Source of the DNA: Octopus bimaculoides
Lineage: Eukaryota
Direction of reading: 5' to 3'
Assembly: GCF_001194135.2 (NCBI RefSeq)
Contig: NC_068982.1
Location: 55,408,851-55,472,850 of the forward strand
DNA: 64,000 bases
Each line of letters starts with the position of its first letter. Positions within the stretch are counted from its first letter, which is position 1. Below are positions 12,301 to 25,500 of this stretch, one piece after another. The notes under the pieces are model-generated. The model was not told where the DNA came from and ran no database searches. It worked only from the letters and a program-made list of their open reading frames with translations. Position numbers and translations under genes: made by a program.

Positions 12301-15300
12301 GAATATTTAATAAGATGACTGCCACTATACAACTCACAATTTAACAATGAAGATTGCTAATTTACTCTTTTTTACTCTTTTACTTGTTTCAGTCATTTGA
12401 CTGCGACCATGCTGGAGCAGCGCCTCTAGTCGAGCAAATCGACCTCAGGACTTATTCCCTGGAAGCTCAGTACTTATTCTATCGGTCTCCCTTGCTGAAC
12501 CGCTAAGTTACAGGGATGTAAACACACCAGCATCAGTTGTCAAGCAATGTTGGAGGGACAAACACATACACACACACATATATATACACATATATACGAC
12601 GGGCTTCTCTCAGTCTCCGTCTACCACAAGGCCTTGGTCAGCCCGAGGCTATAATAGAAGACACTTGCCCAAGGTACCACACAGTGGGACTGAACCCAGA
12701 ACCATGTGGTTGGTAAGCAAGCTACCTACCACACAGCCACTCCTGTGTCTATATATGCTTATTTTTTTGTTTTAACTTTTATCTGCTGCTGCTGCATCAC
12801 CACCACCACCAGCAACAGCAACAACAACAACCAGCTGGCACTGGAATTCCAATTTTATTGCCTTGCTTTCAGAGATCTCACCTTTGTTCTCACTTCCTCC
12901 ACCCACTTCTCCCAATGCCTATAGCCTTTCTCCTTTAATAAAATGACCTCCTTAAACATGCTTTTCCCTCTCTAATGTAGTTTGCCTGCTGATAATGAAT
13001 TTCATTGGTCACTTGACCTATCTTCGTTTCCATCCACCATTCTACTGAAATTAGTAACCTTTTCACTTCTCTCCTTGTGACAACGACTTACAACAGGTAC
13101 TCTGATCTGAAGAAAAATTAATATGTGTATATATGTGTTATGCTTTTGAGTTATGTATAACATGTTCAGATTGGCTTGGAATCATATATAGTTCAGATAT
13201 ATGTTCTCCATTTTCTACACCTTTCAATGTAGGTGTGTGTGGGGTGTGTGCATATATCTATATATATACACACACACATATATATGTATATGTGCATGTG
13301 TATATACATGCATATTACAAATAAGTCTTAGAACTTCTTACATTATGAGACACAGACAGCTGTTCTACTCCAGGCTGATTGTTCCTCATGCACTTGAGGT
13401 TCCTGGAATGTTTGGCAACAAGTACACTTTAGACCAGCCCTCTATCCATGTTCCTTCTTTCAGTAACATCTCAATGAATGCTGAGTTTAACATGTTTAAA
13501 ATATGACCTGTTGGACAAAAATGGCATAGCCCACAATGTCATCTATTCAGATTTGCTTTACAGAAGAATTTCTTATTCTTCATTTCTGTCTCTGCAGGTA
13601 ACTTTGAGGACTTTCTATGGGAATCTATGGTGGAATGCATCCAACTTATTGGCCCCTTTGCTGTTATTTTCTATGTTACACTGCTAAGCAGAAATGCTAA
13701 CAGAACAATTGCACAATTATAAAGTCAAATCTTCATTTCAGTGCTTGTGTTTGTTGTTCAAATTTAGCACATTGGCTAGTTCCTGCTATTATGAATCCTA
13801 CTTTCATCTCACTATGCTTCCATCACCACACATTACATTGCCTACATAGGGAACATTGTCTACATCTTCCACAATCTGCTATCTGATTTATTTATCTTAA
13901 TNNNNNNNNNNACATGATGAAAATACAAAATAATTGTAATCCATAACTGAAGTATATCTGATGAATTCATCTTTCATGATGCATTTATGCATGCATAACA
14001 TTTTTAGGAATTTTCTTTGAAAATAAATAAAAATTAGTCACCAACAAATTCACAAGTCTTTCTTTATCATTTAGATTCTTATTTGAATTTAGACAACATT
14101 GAATGAGTAAGTCAAAGTGCTTGGGTGAGCAAGCAAGTGTGCACTTCAGAATAATTGCATGCAAGCATTTATTTTGTAATCTACCAATGGGTGAATGAAG
14201 AGAATTTTTGTAATGTGTTGCTAATCTTCAATATTGGCTAAAGAATTTGTAGAATGGAAGTAATAAAAAAAAAACACAATACATCTATGTCTGGAATATT
14301 TATCAATGTATTTCTCCAATTTTCAAATTGAGTAAGGCTAAACACCAAGGCATGTGGCTTTCTCTGTTTCAAAGTGATCGAGCAAATGTTTGGTAGGTGT
14401 AGTAATATGCAAGACGAAAACAATGGTAACTGGAGCAGGCAAAAAAGCTGAAACAAGGATTCTTTTAATAGAATAGATGGAAACAAAAGACAAAAAAGAT
14501 TAATGTCACAGAAAAATCAAACTACGTTGATACTGCTCTGGCTTGTTCAAATAAATGCTCAATATTTCTAAATCTATCTTGAATCACAAAATTGTAGATA
14601 CCTTTATATAAAATTCGAGAAATCATTCCAGGGAAAATGAGAAGAAATAATGGTAAAATTTTGAGATATCCACAAAATACTGTAGCTGCTTTGCTGTGGT
14701 CATAGTTCTTAGCAGCAAGGGCTCTCTGAACAAGGACCTAGAAAACAGTATAATATAAATAAAATCTAAATTAAGGAAAGTAAAAAATATACATCATAAA
14801 CTACTGAGGAGTGAAGATAAATAAAAATATGAGACGGAAATGGGGAGAAAGTAAGGAAAAGGATGTAATGAATGGAAGTATATACAGAGAAAGGATACTG
14901 AGAAATCTAAGAAAAATTTATAGAAATAAATTTAAAGAAATTTGAAGAGGATTTACAGACTGGTGTTTAGATAAAGACAGAAAAAGCTAGCAAGTAAAAC
15001 TTCTTTTACTTCTAGCAAGCTAAAAATAAAGGAAGTGGGGAGTACAAAAAAAAAAGAGGGAGAAAACAAATGAAGTTGTTACTGTTATTGTTGAGTTAAC
15101 CACAAGGTTGGATAACCTCCTTGTCTGTTTCTGAAATTTTCTCCAGAATGTTAAAAGTACTTTTATCTATAAATTTATGATATGATTTGAACTATCATAC
15201 AGTCATCATCATTTAACGTCCATTTTCCATGCTGGCATGGGTTGGATGGTGTGACTGAGAACTGGCAAACCAGGAGGCTGCATCAGGCTCCAGTCTGATT

Positions 15301-15790
15301 TGGCAAGGTTTCTACAGCTGGATGCCCTTCCTAACACCAACCACTCCGAGAGTGTAGTGGGTGCTTTTTACGTGCCACCAGCACAGGAGCCAGTCAGGCG
15401 GCACTGGTATTGGTCATGCCCAAATGGTACTTTTTACATACCACTGGCATGGGTGCCAGTCAGGCAGCTCTGGCATTGATCACACTTGAATGGTACTTTT
15501 TACATGCCACCAGCACAGGCATCGGCCATGCTCGAATGGTGCTTTTTATGTGCCACCAGCACAGGTACTAGTCAGGCGACAACTGTATATGATGATGATC
15601 ACTTTAGATGATGACTTACCTGATCCCCTGAAATTGCTGGCCTGGTGCCAAAATTTAAAACTAATATTTACATAGGTGCAGGCGTGGGTGTGTGGTTCCA
15701 GGTTTAGTCCCACTGTATGGTACCTTGGGCAACCAGGCCAACCAAAGCCTTGAGTGAATTTGGTAGATGAAAACTAAAAGAAGCTTGTCA

Positions 15791-15835
<45 letters not shown>

Positions 15836-18800
15836 TTGTGTCTGTTTGTCCTCTCACCAGCATTTAACAACCAGTGTTGGTGTGTTTACATCCCTGTAAC
15901 TTAGCGGTTCAGCAAAAGTGACCGATAGAATAAGTACCAGGCTTTAAAAGAAAATTTTAGGGTAGATTTGTTTGAATAAAAACTCTTCAACACGGTGCAG
16001 TCTAATGACTGAAACAAGTAAAAGATAAAAGACAAGAGATTTATATTACATTTCAAACAATTTCATCTCCAGTCACCAATGGATACTTTATTTTTCGATG
16101 TGTGTGTAATATGCGGCTGGATATAACTACAAACACTTATTTCTAAATTAAGAAGATTCTAATTTTCTAAATCTAAATCAATCAAAATTAAATCAATCAA
16201 AACATAGAAGATTATGAAAGTATGCTTCAATTCAAAGGTACCCAAAGTACTATGCAGTGGGACTGAACCCAGAACCATGTGGTTGGGAAGCAAGATTCTT
16301 ACCACACAGCCACTCCTGTCTAAAACAAATTATAATTTTACATTTTTAAACCAGAGAAAAAAAATTATTACCTGATCAGAGCACCAGTACCAAATAGAAT
16401 TAATGGTCAATCCTATAACACCAGGTCCAGGAATATCATCTGCATCATAAGAATGGAAAAGATGCATATAATCTTCTCTTGGGTAACCACATTTGGTTGT
16501 ATTGTCCATCAAAGTTGTGTTAGGAATAGCTTGAGGGTACTTTTCTACCATGGCATGATAGCCACCAACTTTAATGAAACCTAAACAAGAAAACATTTTA
16601 TGGAAAGTTACAATACAAATCAATTTCTGAACTAATTAATCTTCTACAAGAAATTGTAGCTTTACATGTGTGTAATAAATATTTTATATATCATCACCAT
16701 CATCATTTAACATTCATTTTGACAGGAGCTGACCAGATGAAGGGCTATTCAGGCTCCATGTCTGTTTTAGCATGGTTTCTATGGCTGGATGCCCTTACTA
16801 ATGCCAACCACTTTACAAAGTGTACTGGGTGCTTTTATGCAACACTGGCATGGGTACTTTTTTATATGGCGCCAGCACTTACATGCTCACAAGATTAGGG
16901 ATGCTCAGCTGGAGAGGGTTGCAAGGGACGAATCTGTATGCAAGAACAACCATGCTTTTCCTTAGTTTGAGTTGTCTTTTTAAGCACAGCAAACTGCCAG
17001 TATCTTTTTTGGAATTGGATGTTGAAGTAAATATAAAGCTATAAGTAATAGCATGTAAATATAGGGAAGAAAAAGCCCTTGGATATAAAAAGTCAAAGGA
17101 GGCCCCAAACAAATGCGTAAATTATTATCTTCATCATTTGACATTCACTAAAATGATACATGCATCAGGTCTCTGCCTCAATTTGAACCTGGACTGTTTG
17201 TTTCTAAATTAGGACGGTTTTAATGGAACCAACCAAAAAAAAACAAAAAAACAAAAAAAAAGCAGAATTTTTCAAATTAAGTGATGATGTCGTGCAAAAA
17301 AACTAATGACATCCAACAACTACACATCAAATTCATTGAAAACAGTTGAGAATGGAGGACACACAGTCATGTGTTAAGTAAAGCAACCAGATTTGTTAAC
17401 ATGAACTGTTTGCAACACCCAATAACCAAACTGCCACTAACTTAAAAATCAACCATGGCAGAGGAAGTGATATTCATTCACTGTCCAACTAAATTACAAA
17501 TACAAGTACAGCATTCTCAAATACTCTCTTAGGTTCCTAGAACCTTTGCTCTCTCATGCTCACCAAATCAGATCATATTAATTTAATTTTCTGATGTAAT
17601 TCTGCTTCTTTTCTTGGAACTGTCATACTCCATTTCAAACTTTTAGCAATAAAACAGAGGGTGATTGGAAAACTTAAGACTATTCTTATTTTTCTTTAGA
17701 CCTATCTTTTATTTGTTAAATTGGTGAACCTGTGGAGGAAAACAAACTAAACAGCCCTGATTCCAACACACAATGCTTCACTTAAGAAAAATATGCAGCT
17801 TACAACATACAGAATGTTTCAACCAGTGACGTTGGCCAATGTGTAGCCAGATGCACTCACACTGTAACTGCCACAATTTCACAATCAAGTCCTGTGACAA
17901 AACAATTGCTTCACACTTATAAGGACCCCACTGTCAAACATATGAAGGCCCAACATGGAAAATGATTTGAAAGAAGTCATACAACCCACATCTCACATTC
18001 AAAGGTACAGCTTTCTACACTTGACTTCCACATGGACATTTGTAAATTTGAATTCCATAAACACTCCCTAAACATTTTGCATGTCCATATGATTTTCCAT
18101 TTCAGCAACATTTTCTTAGCAATTGTTAACATTCCATGCTTTTTCGTTTTGCATTTAAGTTTTTGCTTTGTTTGTGCACACACCCACTTTAATTTTGTCA
18201 TGAACACAAACACTCTTCTGCATATACATTATCATCATTTAATGTCTGCTTCAATGCTGGCAAGCGTTGGACTCTTTGACAGGAGATGGCCAGTTGGAGA
18301 GTTGCCCAGGTTTCAATTGTCTGTTTTGGTATGGTTTCTATGGCTGTATACTCTTCATAATGCCAACCACTTTACAGACTGTACTAGACACTTTTTACAT
18401 GGCGCCAGCACAGGCACTCTTTCGTGACATTGGCATGAGTGCTTTTATGTGGCAGTGGCACGAACACGTTTATGTGACATGACACATGCATAGCACCAGC
18501 ACAGGTGCTTTTACATGAAACTGGTACAGGTACTTTTACATGACACCAGCACCAGTGAGTCCTCACTGCCACTTTTTTTTCATGTTCCTTTTTTATACAC
18601 ATTCACCAGTGCACTTTAAATGCATAGACACAACAGTTGTTTTTCTATTTCATTCTACTAACAGTTTTTACCCTGTAAACTTTATGTTGACCACATGGTG
18701 ACGTGTATAACCCTTATAGCATAACAATGGTCAACCTTCTACATAACATATCATTCATAATCAGCAGGCCCACATGCAGCTGGCATTTGATTCATGTGTG

Positions 18801-21800
18801 TACACATATTCATGGTGTCCTATTCTCTTTTCTTAGTTACATCATGCATTCACAATACATGCTTTTGCATTGTGTGAGTTTACTACCTGTATTTTACCTG
18901 TTAACAAGTCTGGTCAAGTTAAATTTATTATATTCTAAATTAAACCTATCATATTCTCTTAATATTTCCAATAAGGAACACAGGCTGTGCTCTCTGTGCT
19001 TTTTCTCTTATCCTCATTTATATTCTTCCTTGTACATAATTTCACTCAGGTCACAGTGTGCATAGACGTAACTTACTCAGCTCAGATTATACTGGATGTC
19101 TTTTACAACTTGTCACACTTGATTTACTTACAACAATTACTCATAACTGCCACTAGACAGGCTTGGGTTCTGCTGTCATTTCAAAGTACCAATCAGACTG
19201 TACAAACATATATAGTACCATAAATCTCTCTGTTATAATATGGATTAAGAATATATGTTATTTTTTCCCAATTCTTGCAATGCAAATTGGTAGCTGTAAT
19301 ATATTCAGATCTATTTGAATATTATATACTGCATTGTATTCAGAACCACTTGAATATTGCACTCAATATATGAAATTTGGTATTTCACTTTTCAGAAGCG
19401 CTTAAATACATATGCAATTCAGTACTACATTGGCTGATGAAGATACTCTCATGGAATGTGACCAAATGAAGTTCATTTTTCAACATAGTCCCCCTTGCAG
19501 TCCACACACTTCTTCCATCAGTGTTGCAGTGCTTGGATTCCATTGGTGAAGAAGTTTTCATTCTACTAGTCAGAAAGTTATTAAAAGCAGACATGACATC
19601 ATCACTGTGATACTGGTTTCCAGCCAAGTGTTTATTCATACTGAGGAACTGATGATAGTCAGATGGGGCAAAAGAAGAATAGGGAGGCTGATCAACCAGT
19701 TCAAAGCCACAGTCGTGCTCAGTAACCATTGAAACCAAGGACTTGTGTGCTGGAGCATTGATTGTCCTGATGAAACAAAACCCCTTTTGTCAGTTTTCCT
19801 GGCTGTTAATATAGTACTTTCCATTGATGATGTAGCCTTTTGAAGATAGTCAATAAACACAATGCTTTTTGCATCCCAAAAAACTGAAGCCATCACCTTC
19901 CCTGCAGATGAAACAACCTAGGCCTTCTCTCGAGCAAGTGAGGTTGGGTGTTTCCACTGCATGGATTGTCTCTGACTTAAAGTGATGAACCCAACACTTA
20001 TCTTGGGGTAGGAAACATTCAAAGAAACCAGCTGGATCTGCATCAAACAATGTCAGATTTTTCCTGTGATGGGATCAGCCAGGTGCACTTTTGATCAGGT
20101 GTTAGAAGATGTGACATCCACCAAACAAAAACCTTTGTCATGCCAAGTTCATTGTGCAGAATACTCTGAACTCTTTTGCAGGATATGCTAACAAAACAAC
20201 ATTGGCTATTTGATTTATAGTTAATCACTTGTCATTTGTCACCATGTGGTGAACACAATATTTTCCTCAGTGGCGGCAGTTGCAGGACATCAGGATCTTG
20301 AGTCATTTGCATGACTCTCCCTATACCTCCTAAATTCAGCTGCCCACTTTTGCACTCTTGATACAGCTGGGGTGTCATCCCCTAATGTAGCTAACATGTC
20401 AGCATGAATGTTCTTGGGGACTAAACCCTTTTTCTGTAGATATTTGATAACACCATGATACCAAATTTTGTCCATTTTCAAGAAGTCACCACTAGTTACT
20501 TTTCAAGTCTTCTTTGAACAGTCAGTTTACTTAGAAAGAAACAATGCAGTTATTAATAAGAATAGTTGAGATTAATGCAGGCAAGATTTCATAGCTCTAG
20601 CATAACTCCATAGTGAGCCTATGAACCTTTCAGCCCACCCTCATATATACATTGGAACAATGTTATCAGTGAGTGACAATTTAGGGAAAGCATTAAATAC
20701 ATTCATATCTAATTATACTCAACCATCTTTTTTTTTTACAGCAAGCCATCACTGTTGCTCCTCTAGATCATTTGTTGCTCTCATCCATCACTCACTTTTG
20801 TCATCATCTGTACCTGTTAGCATACATCACTGGGTCTCTCAGATGAGCAAGCATGATTGCTATTACAGTTTCTCCTCCAGCACTACCTCTCTTTCATAAC
20901 TTCTGCCTCTACCACTCTCACACTCCAGTCACTGTTTTTCTCCTCACTCACTTCTCTCAACCTAGTCCTTCTGGCATCACTCTCTTTTCTATTCACAGCC
21001 TTTTGGTAACACTGACTTAAACTAATAAAATCACTGCAGACTCAAAAGAGCAGTTTAATCTTGCTGAGGACAGAACAACTTCTTTAATGCTGGCACCATG
21101 ATAAAACATACTCAGAATGCCTTGTAAAGGGGCTGGTGTTATAAAGGGCATCCACTGGAGAAATAATGCCAAAATTTAAAACACATGAATAAGACAATTG
21201 TCCTTTAACCCATTTAGGAAGGTGGTAATTCTAAATAAGAGTTAATTTAGACTATGACAACCCATCTGATGAATGCTGGTAGTAGTGATATATTTCTTCT
21301 AAATATTATTTAAAGGACACAAGCTCTAAGATAGCATATTTTAGAAAATAAATTTGTCTTACCTCATCTAACCTAATTAGTTTAAATGAATGCATCACTC
21401 ATCAGCATCATGACAAATGTTGTTATTGTTCTAGTAGTAGCAGTAATCGTCTGGGTGTGTATGTGTACTTCCTCACCCTGACATCCCATGTTAGTTGTAC
21501 ATGAGTACCATCATCATGTATTCATTTCTAATCTTCCATGAAAACATGTCCACTGACGGAAATATTACCCTGCTTGGAAACAAGAGAGGTTTGGCAACAG
21601 GAAGGGAGTCCAGCCTTAGAAAACCACCTCAATGAATTCCATCTGACTTATGCAAACATGAAAACATAAGCAATTAAAATAACAATGACAGCAATGGCAA
21701 TGATACTGATTTCAAATTTTGGCACAAGGCCAGCAATTTTTGGAGGGTGGGGGATAAGTCGATTACATTGACCCCCAGTACTCAACTAGCACTTATTTTA

Positions 21801-22549
21801 TAGACCCTGAAAGGATGAAAGGCAAAGTCAACCTCAGTGAAATTTGAACTCAGAATGTACAGACGGATGCAATGCCGCTAAGCATTTTGCCTGATATGCT
21901 AACGATTTTGTTAGCTTGCTGCCTCTGACATGCTTATAATACTGGTTTCAGATTTTGGCACAAGCCAGCAATTTTAGGGGAGGGGTAAGTCGATTACATT
22001 GACCCCTAGCACTCAACTGGTACTTATTTTATCGATCCTGAAAGGATGAAAGGCAAAGTCAACCTCAGCAACATTTGAACTCAGAATGTAAAAGAAGGCA
22101 TGCTAACAATTCTGCCAGCTCACTGTGAAAGTGAGACAGCTCAATCAAAAAGGCGATGTTATAAGCTATTTAATAATATAAACAATATAACTTTTTGAAA
22201 ACGTATTTTCTGGAAGATAGCCTAAGATAATAATGTTTAACAACAACTTCAACACAAGAGACTAATATAAATAAAATTTCAAAGGAAAAAGAATTTAAGA
22301 AAATAGGTTTAAAAACATTTTTAAAAACAAAGATAAAAAATTTTTTAATTAAAACAAATAGAAACTAAANNNNNNNNNNNNNNNNNNNNNNNNNNNNNNN
22401 NNNNNNNNNNNNNNNNNNNNNNNNNNNNNNNNNNNNNNNNNNNNNNNNNNNNNNNNNNNNNNNNNNNNNNNNNNNNNNNNNNNNNNNNNNNNNNNNNNNN
22501 NNNNNNNNNNNNNNNNNNNNNNNNNNATATGGAATCAACCTCAGCTGGC

Positions 22550-22596
<47 letters not shown>

Positions 22597-25500
22597 TTGA
22601 ATAACTTCAGCACATATTCTATTCTATATGCCACAAAATACTTAGCTCTTAACAGTTCAGTTTACCTAGCTTTAACTAAAAGCCATAGTATTTTGTTGTT
22701 CAGTGTAAATTTAACCAAAGTTTCAGTGGATTTATAGTGCTGAATTTACCTCCTGTGAGTATAGACAAAAGAGCTGGTGAATCCTAATGATTATATGTAA
22801 TAGCTATAATTATAAACACGAAATGTTGTCGCTTGATCTGTCTAGGACCCCTGTATCTCAGTCTACATTTGCTCTATATAGACATCCCAGGATTGAAAAT
22901 CTGCCCTTCATTTGGTACTTGAACATTTACCATTGGGATCAGGTCTGAATGAGGATTTGTTATATGCTAACAGTTGAAAATTCAAATTTTAAAAGAACTG
23001 CAAAAATTTGTGAACTTTTTTTCATTTAAACTGAATTCAAAGTAATACCATATTCGTGGGGTAACAATAAATGCTTTATTATTATTGCTCTCTTTAGTTT
23101 TGGGCCACAGGCCCAATTAGCCCTCTACAGGAGCTAACTTAAAAGTTCACACACAGTGCAGTTTTTAAGCTAGTACCGGAATATACCATGATAGAAGTCA
23201 GGGTCTCCCATAATCAGATATGATGTGAGTAGAAGCTAAGTGTTAAGTTTCATTTCTTATAAAGAAAAAAGAAAACCACTCACAATGCTTGCAGTAATTT
23301 AGATAAATCATTTTTGTCTATAGTTTTTTTTTTATACTTATCACTAGTATAGAGACACTGTTTCCAGTTTATATTCAAATTAAATACATGCAAGTACAAG
23401 TCACAAAAAAAGAAACATGAATATATACTGGTTGTACTTACTTAAAATCATAAGGGCTATAGCACCAGCGAGCATAATGAAACACTGCATGAAGTCAGTC
23501 CATATTACAGCTGTCAGTCCACCTTAACAAAATATATAAACAAATATTAACAATATGTTGGATGGGGAGACAAATATTTAACAATGTCATATAGCAATGT
23601 AACTTTAAGAAATTTAACAATTAGCACTAAAAGAATCATATGACCAGTACAGGAACAAATAAAATGGTCAATAATAATAATTTCTTACATTGGTACAACA
23701 CCACTTGAAATTTGGGGAGAGGGGAATAGCTGGCTATATTTCCCCAGCACCTTACTGGCATATTATTTTATTATTTTATATTTGATGTGATGCCAAAATG
23801 ATAAAAGGCAAAGTTGGTTTCAGTGGGATTTAAACTCTGAATGTAATGAAGAGTCAGAGCAAAAAATCACAAAGCATTATTGTCTGACAGTCTAATGATT
23901 CTTCCAATCTACTGCTCTTATATTTGAATATAATTAATAGAATTTAAAGTGATTGAGGTACTTTGCACCAGAGTCAATACATTATATACATTATAATCAA
24001 AACTAAAGTTAAGTCACCAATTGGATATAGCTAATATTTACAGGAAAGCAAAATATTTCATGCCCTTACGGCAACCTTAGAACATAACTTCTTTTTCTTC
24101 TCTTTTTACTGCATAAACTATTCTGTCAAACATTCAAGAGATTTTATCCTTCCTCACTATAAACATATACAGAATTGACTACCATAAATATGCAGAAAAA
24201 AAAAACACCAAAACTGGAAAGAAGTGAACACCTTCTTAGGATACCGTATACATTCTCTTTCCAAGAAAGCTTCCAAAAGAAACTATATTACAATTAACAA
24301 GACATCAGAGCCCCTATAAACAGTTTATATTAACTTGAATATAGATAAACTTCATAATCTTACATTTTAGCAAATTTGGAACCTATTACAAGATAGTCAA
24401 GAAATAGCATTGTAACAAGAAAGCATCAACTCCAGTATTTGACTCGTACTTTATTTTATTGACATCGGAAAAATGAAAAGCCAAGTGGAACTTTGTGAGA
24501 TTTGAGGTCAAAATTTAAAGGGGGATAACTGAATACCTCAAAGTATTTTATCAGATGTTCTACTGATTCTTTCATCTACAAGAAAATAATGCTGGCCCTA
24601 TCAACAGGAATAAGACTGACAGAAAATGAAATCAATTAATATTACAGTCTAAGAAAAATATTATAGCAGAAACCGTAAGAGCTAAAACTAAAGCAGAAAG
24701 GATCTCTGTGTGTGTGGGGGGTACCTATAATCTATATTATGGTGTATTAAAGTTTTGTCTACACAAGAATGTGTGTATGTATGTAAATAAGTAATAATTT
24801 GTGATTGACAAGTCTTTGTTGACAATTTCTTTTTAAATATTTATTTAAAATCATGAATATCATGTGAAAGCAGATATTCCATGAAAATAAATGGCAGACA
24901 CAAAGAGGAAGGAAGAAGAATTTTCATAGTTTCATTACATAAAAATGTCCTTTGCACTAGACCAGAGTTTCTTAACAAAAGTGGAAGAAATTTGAGTGAA
25001 AAGATGGCAGGGAAGTTATTAAGGAAACAATTACAATTCAATTATTTTCAACTTGCTCATCAAGATTTTGAAACACTCTTTTTAAGGACATGTTATGCAG
25101 TTTATGATATTAAAGGGAATTGACCAATCTGAAGTGCAACAGACTAGTGTTGTCGTTCAAACTATGCTATAATGGTACACATTCAATGATCAGTTCTTAC
25201 CTAATTAGATGCAAAAATAGGAGTTACCTTTTGTGCTAGTATTATTTATCATTTTTCTTTTAGTGCTGTATTGTTATTTAATTTGTACGTTTGTCCTTTG
25301 TTCAAAGTCATTTTCCAAGCCATCATCATCATCATCATCGTTGTTTAACGTCCGCTTTCCATGCTGGTATGGGTTGGATGGTTTGACTGAGAGCTGGTAA
25401 GCCAGAAGGCTGCACCAGGCTCTAATCCGATCTGGCAAAGTTTCTACAGCTGGACGCCCTTCTTAATGTCAATCACTCCGAGAGTGTAGTGGGTGCTTTT

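Noticed and set aside
17790-18220. Moderate-GC stretch with short ORFs, possibly a decayed transposase
   Set aside because: I could not recognise any motif confidently; needs a database search.
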